Part shown: piece after piece, positions 26,111-36,239 of the stretch
Layout of the letters: the number at the start of each line of letters is the position of its first letter
Numbering within the stretch: the first letter of the stretch is position 1
Assembly: GCA_000320545.1 (NCBI GenBank)
Contig: ADNK01000065.1
Span: 1 to 36,574, forward strand
Direction: 5' to 3'
Length of the DNA: 36,574 nt
DNA from: Bigelowiella natans CCMP2755
Lineage: Eukaryota > Protista > Cercozoa
Position numbers and translations under genes: made by a program
Notes under the pieces: generated by a model
What the model saw: only the letters and a program-made list of their open reading frames with translations
Told to the model about the DNA's origin: nothing
Databases searched by the model: none

Positions 26111-27873
26111 CCTTCTTCGTTTTCTGGTTCAAGCAGCTTGTTGTTAACTTTCTTGTTACGGGCGAACGGGCGAAGGAGCCTAATGAGCGGATGGATCTTG
26201 CACGAATGATAGCCCTTTTGATGAAGCTGCAGTCCTCTTAAGATATTTTGCTTAGAATGAGCATTTGTCGCACTTCAAACAACGCATTGTGTTTGTCCTC
26301 TGCGACAATCAGACAGCAGGGCAACAAGTACCGGTAATTAACAACAAGAGACCACTTCTCTGCTTTGCGCGACAACCAAAAAAATGATGTGCACAATTGC
26401 GACGACTGTCAAGCCGATGGGGACAGGGCGGGCCCCATCCCCAAACCATGTGTCACCGATGGGATGGACAGATGTATCGCCCTGACCATTGGTGACTCGG
26501 TCAATCAGTGAAGGACGCTTGGATCTGTTGTGAAAGACTCTTCTTGTGCGAAGACGTTCTGGCGTTGCTCAGATCAAACAACTGGCTGACAAACTTGCAC
26601 GGACAGCAAAGAACACCCTGAACAAGCCAAACGAGGACTTGATGTGAGCGTCCTCGCGTGGCTTCCCCCAGTCCCTCTGGCCCTCGACAAATGCAAGTCG
26701 GTGGGGAAAAAAGTGAAAAACTCCAATTGTGCGTTGCACGTCCATCGTTCCAAGCCAGCAAGCTGGCAAGCCCCTGGCTGGCTCGCTTGTTGGGCTTGGC
26801 AACCACGCCAGCACGCTGGCATGTCACGCTGGCACGGACCAGCAAGCCAGGTGGGGAGACAAATCTTGAAGTCGCAGCTCCAGCGCTGCGTGCCTTCCCA
26901 TTGACTCAAGAGCTCTCCCACCAGACTCAAAACAACAAAGAGTTCAGGGCCTTCACTCGCTCCAGCGCTGCCGAAGCTTGAGGGAAAGTTGAAGCACCAG
27001 AGCAGTCAAGCCAGCAAGCCAGCTCCAGAGCTGGCCAGTCAGGCTGGCATGACCAGACTGGCAGAGGACTCACCCAGCCACGTTGGAATGCTTTGCACCC
27101 TGACCGCGCAGTGCACGCTTGCACCAGCAGCAGCAACGCCAGAGCAATCTGCGTGCGTTCGTTGGCTGCGACAAGCAACACGCACGTGGTTGACAATGCA
27201 GCCGAAGTGCGATGTGCGACTTCGACAAACTGCCGCGACAATGCATGCAGTGGCTGCTGACCAATGAGAGCCAATTTCTCACGAGTCATCGGGCTGTTTC
27301 GCCCCCATCAAAGTTCAGCGCTGCCGGCGCACATGCTTGTTCAGGCAATTTCGCCTTGATGAATCTTGACATTGTGCAGCACGCATGAAACGTCACGTCG
27401 TCATCATCACAGAATCCAAACTGCTGCTTGCCCCTCCTCCGCAACCTGGTGGCCCACAGCGCACCCTGCCCTGCACTCCGTGCCATTGGCCAACTGACTT
27501 CCAACAAGCCATCACTGGATCACAGCACCAGAGTGGCCAAGCCGTCATTTTTTGGTCCTCGTTCAAGTTTCAGCCCGACCAGCCGAGGCACTGCGTTTCG
27601 TGTTTTGCAAGTGCTGGAGTGTTGTGCAACACTGAAACGGCAAACAAGACTTTGGAAGTGCATGGTCGGCTGGTCGCTCGTCAGGGCTTTTTTCTTTCTT
27701 TCTCTGGTTCTTTCGACGTGATGGTCGACTTGCTCGACCTGGCGATCATCGAGTTTCTTTCTGCTCCTTTCTTTCGGTGCAGTCTGAGTCACCAACGCAG
27801 TGTTTCTTTCGTTCAATTCGAGCATTCCAGCATTGAAAAACCACTTGCATCGTCGACTCTGGGACTTGTCGAC

Positions 27874-29631
27874 TGGAGCTGGGCACAAACAATTTTTTTT
27901 GTTTGGAAGTGCTTTGCTTTGCTTCTGAACAAGTGTTTGATTTGAACAAACAATGCCTGCGTGTCGCGAAACCAGTGTTTGGTTTGTTCAAACAATGTTC
28001 GAACAAGAAGCAGCGTTTGCAAGTGCATTTGCAAACACTTTCCGCAAGGAAAATGTTTGCAAGTGTTTTCCTGTGAAAATCGTTTGCAAACAATTTGAAA
28101 AATTTGAAACGTTCCCGCGCAGCTGCGCACAAAGCACGACATGACAGACCAAATCGCAATGCATTTGAATGCGCATTGTGCAACGTGTGACAAAGGGAAC
28201 AAACAATCGCACAGGCACAACTTCACAACTCATTGCAGATGGACATGGTTGTTGCGTGGACGCCATGCGCATGCAGATGTGTGGCATCATGGCGCACACA
28301 TGCTGCCATTGAAAAGATTTGATCACTTCATCACATCCGTCTCGTGGCTGCTCAGGACTCAGGACTCAGCCCCACAGACTCAGGAACTGTTTTTCTCTGC
28401 TTTGCAACCTCCAGCTGTGCCTTTCTCGTGTTTGAGAACTTTCCAAAATCTGTCCAACTTTGACAATTTGTTGAGCATTGCCAATGCTTCAGCTGTGTCT
28501 GTCGACAATGCACTTCGACGCGCTGTCAGTGTCAAGCCACACAACAAGAAGATGCGTTCGGACTCGACTGACGCAGCTTCAAATCATCGTTTTCCTTTTC
28601 ATGCCGAGCTAGCGAGTGATGCTTCTCCAAAATGGAGCTTCATGCACAAAGATGCATTCTGATGGAAAATGACAAGCCCTGCGGGTGGGGTTGTCAATTG
28701 CAAATGCAATTTGAAACAGTGCCAACATGGCATCTGATTGGTTGTTTCTTTGGTGAAATCAGGGAAGCAAAAGCAATGCAGCGTGTTGCAGACACACGTT
28801 TTTGATTGCTAGTTTGTTGCACCAATGAGAATGAGCTGCGCTCTCGCAAGGTGTGCACGATCGCAACAGCAGCTGCTGCACGTGCTGCTGACTAGCTGGC
28901 CCTGGCTGACTGGAGCTAGCAGCAATGAAGTTTCATCAGTTGCACATCAGTGGTGCGAGATGCTGGCGAGATGGCAGCGAGACGGATGCAATGAAATGAT
29001 CTGTCACTTTTTTCAATGGTCCGTCACAACCTGGCAATGCACATGCTGGCATGTGCAGTCCAACAGCACCAGAGCAGCAGTGCGCAGCACGTGTGCCAGC
29101 GCATGGCATGGCGGCTGCGTGCGTGCATGCTGCGCATGCGCAGCACATGCGCAGGCCTAGCTAGCTAGCCTGGTCGCCGTGGCCACGTGGGTGATTTTTC
29201 TTCAGAAATTCACCGACAACGCAAGCTCAGGCGATCTCAAACTTGGCTAGCAATGTCGGCAATGATTGGCCACGCTGGACGCATGCAAAAGCTCAATTTT
29301 GGTGATTTTCTTGAAACATTTCCAAAAATGTTTGCAAACACATTCAATTTGATTTGGTTTGAACAAACACGAACACCTTGAAAAATCATTTCCAAACACC
29401 AAACACTTGCAAACTTGTGTTTGGTTTGTTCAAATGCCACTCTAGCTCGTGCAAACAAGCAATGATGGACATGCAATGCACAACATGTGCAATGTGCACA
29501 GTGCAATGCACAATGCACACGATGCACATGGTGCATTGCTGTGTCCATCATGGCATTTGATTTGAACAAGTGATGTTTGTTCAAATGCATTTGCAAATGC
29601 ATTTGTTTTCAAGCATTTGTGCCCAGCCCCA
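27874..29631. mobile_element. Non-autonomous (internally deleted) hAT-superfamily DNA transposon, 1758 bp
   Basis: 8-bp target-site duplication TTGTCGAC at 27866-27873 and 29632-29639. TIRs are TGGAGCTGGGCACAAACA (left) and TGGGGCTGGGCACAAATG (right, reverse complement). Subterminal TTTGATTTGAACAA / GTTTGGTTTGTTCAAA repeats occur at both ends, and there is an internal transposase remnant. An 8-bp TSD is the established hAT signature. Confidence 0.9.
28420..28580 (-). pseudogene. hAT transposase C-terminal dimerisation-domain remnant
   Basis: Minus-strand translation EAASVESERIFLLCGLTLTARRSALSTDTAEALAMLNKL matches the hAT dimerisation consensus (A/S)S..SER.FS..G...T.RR..L....E.L..L. In-frame TGA codons lie just upstream. 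Confidence 0.8.
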
Positions 29632-29740
29632 TTGTCGACACCATTCCAGCATTGCCTGTTGTCCTCCAGCTCCAGAGCTGGCTAGCCGCAGCCAGCGCAG
29701 ATCGAAGAATGAGCACAATTGCAGTGCTTGGTGTGTGTGC

Positions 29741-29774
<34 letters not shown>

Positions 29775-31098
29775 AAGCGTCACGCATTGCAGCTAGCGCA
29801 GATGGACTGACTCGATCTGGAGCGGAGCATTCAGCTGTGGCTCTTGAGCTAGCTAGTCAGCATCGTTCCAGCATTTCAGCATTGTGCCGCAGCTAGATTG
29901 CACGATGAATTTCCGGCAGATTTTTCACTCAGGCAAGCTAGCAAGAAACGAAAATCACATGCATCTCTCCAAGCTCTCTAGACCTGCTAGCTAGCAAGCT
30001 GTGCGTGCATGCCAGCATGCATGACATCAAGCTAGCAAGCTAGCCCATGGTGGCTAGGTTTGCTCTAGTCCACTGCTGGACTGCCATGCTAGTCTAGTCT
30101 AGCAGTGTGCACGTGCTGGTGTTGTCACGTGCGTGGCCGTGCACGCACAAAAGACATGATCACGTGCAGCCACGCACCACATGCGGCGTGGCCAGACAAT
30201 GGACACAAGGAACAAGCCACATGTGATGTGCAATGGTGCACACAGCACATTCTGTGTCCATTGTCCAGGTGCACGTGACTGTGACATTCCACCACATGAC
30301 CAATGCTGACACAGCATGAGTGTGTGTGAGACCATTGCAATGAAGTGATTGAACGTTCATTCATTCAATGGTCTTCCTGATGTGCACGTAGCTGGGCGAT
30401 CGAAACAGCGGCCACGCACACAGCAACGCTCATGCATGTTGTTTTGTCTGTCTCGCGCGTGACGCACATTTGCACATGCCTAGATGCGCACATCCAGCCA
30501 TGCATGGCCTAGCTAGTGCTGCATCGCAATTGCACACAAAGTCATGGACCGCGTTGCGATGCGCTTTGTCATCATCATGGATCTAGAGATCATCATGATC
30601 GATGACCACTAGCAAGACAAAACTACAGCAGAGAAGATGCAATTTGTCTAGTCCGATTCGTCTCAAGTAGCTTGTCGCAGTCAATGCAACAATCGCTGCA
30701 TCACAGCGCATGCGCAATGCCACATGCATGTGCCACATGTGCTATTACTATGTCCATTATCTGTGCGCTGTGTCGCTGCTATAGATGAACATTGTTAAAT
30801 GCATTGCATCCACATGTTGCACACATTGACCGCCGCTAGACCGGCGTCAACGCATTATTGATCGACATCCATTTAGCTGCTATGTAGCTTTGCTAGTTTG
30901 GTGCTTTCGACTCAATGTTGTTTGATGAGGCACTGTCACCACACGCGCCCGTCCACATGCGCATGTTTAATTAGTTATGTGGTCATGCATAGGTTACATT
31001 TTTTGTCATTGTATTTTTTCATTACTGTTTTATATGCTTCAATTGCAATGTCAACTTTGCTATGAGTACTATCTACGACACCAGCGTATCCTTTCTTT

Positions 31099-32155
31099 TT
31101 AGGATATTGTGCAACTGATGCATACTGGAGATGTTGTAGATCCTTCCACCAAAACTGTTCTTGCACGGCCACTCGAATCATATATTACCCTACGCTGTGA
31201 CGACGAAAACGTCTTCCCGTCGTTTCGAACACTTTCGGTGCTACTGACAACTGTCGATTCCGCTGGTCCAGTACCGTTCGGGGATGTTACTTTTGAGGAC
31301 TCAAGAAATTCTTTTATGCTCATAAAAGGAAGTTTGGACTCCTCTTTGGGATCTATCCAACCTGGTACCTCGTTGTTGCTACACTTGTGATCGAAAGTAC
31401 AGCTTCGTTCCCTTTTACCGTTTCTTTCGAGGTCAAGAATCGATTTGTATTGATCTTTGGAAGAGGATGATGAGGAAATGCATTGAATATTGCCAAAATG
31501 CCCTTTGTCGTATAGATAACATTGAAATTTTTCTACTTGTAGGAGCAAATTTTGGCTACGGATCTGTACCCCGCTGTACCGGGTTTTGAGCAGGTCTCTA
31601 CATTCCCTGAGAGGACGCTTTAAATGAAACATAGTGTAGCACAGAACCATTGCAAATGCTCGCTGCCCGCCTCCATCACAATGCACTAAAACGGTGGAAT
31701 CCTGCGATCGGGCCGATTCTATAAATGTCACTCCTGATACGAAGAAATCGAAGATTTCCGAGCAACCACTACAGACTAGGATCGGTGATCTTAGGTAACT
31801 TAATTTTGGATGACTGAACTCCTTGCAGGTTTCTGGAGCCATATTCACAACGTGCCTAATACGAAGGCGGCATAGTAGGCCATAGTCTTGGCTTGCGACC
31901 TAAGCAGATAACACATCAGGGGTTGATTGTAAATTCGTCTATTTTTTAAAGTTGTACCTTGTCGCCTAGATATAAGAAAGGAAATATTTTCCAAACGTTT
32001 TCAATAGGTTCTGCATCCATTGGGTTAGCTAAGGGAAAATATGAGGTCAGCTATTATTGGTGAAGTCACAGAAGGTGGAGATTCAAACCTGCACTGCTTG
32101 ATGATTTTCCACATTCTGAGGACTGACTTATATTACTGCGCTTCTCCGATGGCAT
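31099..32155 (-). CDS. Dual-specificity protein phosphatase-like protein (atypical DSP), 3 exons
   Basis: Exons MPSEKRS..SSA|ANPMDAEPIENVWKIFPFLYLGDK|VASQDYGLLCRLRIRHVVNMA..FIESARSQDSTVLVHCDGGGQRAFAMVLCYTM carry the DSPc hallmarks LYLG, I.HVVN and VLVHCx5R..A...Y.M. Confidence 0.85.
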
Positions 32156-32835
32156 GGTGTTTTAAAATTAAATAGAAATTTGAATGGTTGATTCACTATC
32201 TGTGACTTCTTATTCCATGCACTACTGAGCACGATCTCTTTAGAAAATAATTGCAGATAGATTAAAAATACTTGAAGCTACTTTTTCTCCAACAATTACT
32301 GCAAACTAGATATCTATATTGATATAAGTACAGAGGTGATACCAGGACCAAATAAATTATAAACCCATACGCTGAAGGTAGAATCTAATGATCTAACACA
32401 AAATCATGGGGGGAGAAAAGAAAGTGACAAGCCTATCACGAAATTTTTAAGACATGCTGTGAGCGAAGCAGCTCGGAATAGAAAAGGTGAAAACAGTCAG
32501 ATTCATATGAACGACATAAAACTGACACAATATTTTACATATACGACAGCCAATGATAGAGCCAACTTCTCGGAAATAATTCCTGAGTCCGAAACGCGCA
32601 GCGGAGTTCCGGAAATTCTTTACCGAATACGAGCTCGTACTGGGAAATTCTCAGACAACATAGTTTTGAAGCGAATCTGGGAAAAAACAAGGCGAATACG
32701 AGTCGTAGATCCAGTCCAATCTGGATTAAGTCAAAAGGTGGGGTATTTATTCGATTCGGTTATGGTACATACAGCAGACCTAATAACAGGTTGATTACAC
32801 TATTATAAGGGTACCCTGCTTTACACAGTGATATT

Positions 32836-32862
32836 TAGATCTAGATCTAGATCTAGATCTAG
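32836..32862. repeat. (TAGATC)4 hexamer array in the divergent intergenic region
   Basis: TAGATCTAGATCTAGATCTAGATCTAG lies between the DSP gene (-) and the PHD gene (+). Confidence 0.85.
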
Positions 32863-33119
32863 CTATTTTTACATCAGATAGCCATTGTGTATGCGGACAT
32901 TTCTTGTGATTTTGCATCGTACCACTTTTTTTGGAGTGTTGGGAGAGCTATATGGTTTGAATATAAATCTTTGCGTGAACGATGTCGTTATAATAAAACA
33001 CAATGAATTCATTTAAATTAAGGATGTTCATTTCGATTTCCCAACTTGTTGTTGTCGGTACATTAAAAGAGAGGATTATTAAACCTTTTGCTCCTCCTTC
33101 CACAGGTCGTACAAACGAA

Positions 33120-34806
33120 ATGGGGCTAGATGCTGATGGCACTCAGCAATCCGAACTTCGCCATTCATTTAATAGAAAAGAATTGATTGGCAATCCGAAC
33201 TTCGCCATTCATTCATTAGAAAAGAATTGATTGGTTTCGCCTCGCAACCATCACTCACCATCATTACGGAGGACGCACATCGTCGTAGTGTTTTTCTTTC
33301 ACTCTTTATTGCCAAGTTTAGAGAAAGGGAGGGGCAGTGCAAAGTGCACCAAAGCCACTTGTGATCATGGGAAGCCATGAACAGGCCAATTCTTGTACTA
33401 AAACCACAACAACTTGCACAATTTCTGGGAGTGGTAAGAAACAAGGCAACGATACAGGAGAGGCACAACTCCAAATGCATTTGGTAGGTTACAAACGGCA
33501 GAAGTAAATAACATTCAAGTCCACTTTGCCCTGAACGATATTTAGAAAAGAGTTTTGACAAGATTGCTGATAATTGTTTTGAATCTGCTCCAAAATTTCT
33601 CAGATGGCTTCTTCACCAAATCCAAAGACGGAAAGTGAAGAAAATAAAGAAACAAATGAAAAGAAACAGATAGCAGGGGCGAATGAAGAACCCACGTTGC
33701 ATCAGAAGGTGGATGAAAATGAGCAAATAGATGAGGCTGAAGGAGAAGAAATAGAGAAGAAAGAACACAATGCCAAAATTTCTCAGATGGCTTCTTCACC
33801 AAATCCAAAGATGGAAAGTGAAGAAAATAAAGAAACAAATGAAAAGAAACAGATAGCAGGGGCGAATGAAGAACCCACGTTGCATCAGAAGGTGGATGAA
33901 AATGAGCAAATAGATAAGGCTGAAGGAGAAGAAATAGAGAAGAAAGAACACAATGACGATGAGAATAAACGGGATTTTATCAAGGGGAAAATGGATGAAG
34001 AAGAACTCGAGATTGGTGATAATAAAACGGGCAATATTCTAGCGGTCTCCGTGGAAGATAGAAGTAGTAGAGAAGAAAATAGCAGCGAGATGAAAAGCAA
34101 CGAGAAGGACGAGCGCAAAGATGCCCTAGAGGGGGGAATGGAACAATCACAGGCAGAAGTACAGAAAGGACTACGCCGCGACAAAGATAATGTTAAGGTC
34201 TTGGAATCCAGTGATATTTTGGAGAAACAGGCAGCACATGATAAGCAACCACTAGAAAATGACGGAGGCGGGCAGGAGGAGGAAGAAGATCGTTGTTGCA
34301 TTTGTTTCAGTCCAGACGCTGATGATTATGATCAGATTTTGTACTGTGATGGATGCGACCTTATGGTTCACCAGGTACTGAGTTAGTCAATAACAAACTG
34401 CATTCAAGCGAGAATTAGAATGCGCATGTTTGCCCAATGATTAAAATATGTAAATCCCCAGTGTGGGGGTTTGGGGGGGGGGGGTACATGAAAGCTGTTT
34501 CCGTGTCGTTCTGCTAGTGTAGATAAAATGTATTTCGCACTCGATGAAAATATAATAAACTTATTTTGTAAATTTAGCGCTGCTACGGCGTTGATGTTGT
34601 GCCAGAGGGGGATTGGTTCTGTCAGCGCTGCTCTGAGGGAAAGCAGAAAATGGAAGTAAAGTGTTTGCTGTGCTCCACATATGGCTACGCGCACAAGAAA
34701 ACGCCTAAAGGAAGCTGGGTCCACTCCACTTGCGCGATGTGGCTGCCAGAGACGTCGTTTAAGAACCCCCAAACAATGTCCCCGGTCTTAGGTTCTATTA
34801 GCTGAT

Positions 34807-34850
<44 letters not shown>

Positions 34851-35292
34851 TTGCTTGTCACTACCAAACTCAGCTACATTCATTCTACCCCATCCTTCTC
34901 CTCCTCCTCCTTCTCCTCCTTCTCCTCCCCTTAGGTGCTGGAGCAGTTGACCGCGAACGGTGGCGAATCCAATGCGGTGTGTGTGGTACCACAGGGAAAG
35001 GCGCCGTGGTTCAGTGTATATACCCCAATTGCAAGGTGATATGCTGCTGTTTTCCTGAAAGAAAGAAAGAAAGAAAGAAAGAAAGAAGATCATGATAAAA
35101 TCCAAGGGAAAAAAAATCAACTAATAATTTCATGGGCAGTTTACAATGATGCAGTAACACTGTTCTGTCTTCTCAAGTGGCCGTCGTCTTTCATTCGCCA
35201 TGATGATATTATATCTGTATCGTTACAATACTGTTTCTCATGCTGAGCTCTTGCTATTACCGTATCACACCACTATCATCTATTCCTAACCG

Positions 35293-35336
<44 letters not shown>

Positions 35337-36174
35337 CTTTCCCCCCTCTCGCTTCTGCCTGCTCCTTAGTGGGCGGTGCATCCACTGTGCGGATACGAGT
35401 CAAAGACACGTATGTTCATCGATGAAATACCCGTGGTGGATGGTGGGGACGACGTCGCCAAATGCATATTTTGTCCCTTACACCATGATGTTGAATTCAA
35501 GCCAATGGAGGTTGCACGTTGGATTGCCAAGGAGAGGAGAAAGAACAATAGTAGTAGTAGTAGTACATCATTTCGTCGCACCGCCTCTTCTTCCATAAAA
35601 CGAGGAAGTAAGCGAAGTAGGATTACGGATGATGATGCTCACAACAGGAAACGCAGTTCTTTTTATTATACCAATGAAGGACAGCGATCTAACAAGCTGA
35701 TAAACAAGAAAAAGAAGAAACTAGAGCAGGGCGATGAGAGAAAGAGGATGAAGAAAAGGCGCATAGATACTAAAGGCTCTAGCCACAAATCCAATGTATC
35801 TACATCATCCTCATCTGAGATGATCAGGAAGAGAAAGAGGACGATGATGATGAAATCTGGTGCTGCTTCTTCTTCTCGATTCCTTTCTTCATCTGGTAAT
35901 AGGTCTATTAGTAGTAGCAGGAAAGGAAATGAAGGACAGGGCAAGAAGAGAAAGAAAAACATACAGGAAGCAATGACAATGTTTGGACGAAACTGGGAGA
36001 AAGTCGCAAAGTATCTTCAACTTCCACTTCTCAAGGCCAAGCGTGCAGCAAAGCGTTACCTTACCTTCCTATACGTGAAATCACGCCCTCTTCCGGAAAG
36101 AGTTGCAGCGACAGGTGGGTGGGTAGCAGTAGTAGTGAATTAGTAGTAGTATGATGATGATGATGATCTGATAG

Positions 36175-36239
<65 letters not shown>

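Larger units (their letters stand above)
26341..30740. other. TpA-depleted island (hypermutated repeat region)
   Basis: By manual scan there is one TA in 26341-26476 and none in 26477-28609. From 28610 to 30740, about 31 TAs lie in CTAG and 3 in GTAG/CTAC. TG, CA, TGCA and CATG are strongly enriched and CpG is retained. Confidence 0.95.

Noticed and set aside
26501-30364. Numerous 60-186 aa ORFs on both strands as real genes
   Set aside because: They overlap in all frames, lack Tyr and show no recognisable domains. Loss of TAA/TAG codons explains them.
26341-30740. Classical RIP or CpG-methylation decay as the cause of the island
   Set aside because: RIP generates TpA and 5mC decay removes CpG. 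Here TpA is absent and CpG is plentiful.
32459-32794. 111-aa plus-strand ORF
   Set aside because: Non-ATG start, no recognisable motif, and located in the divergent promoter interval.
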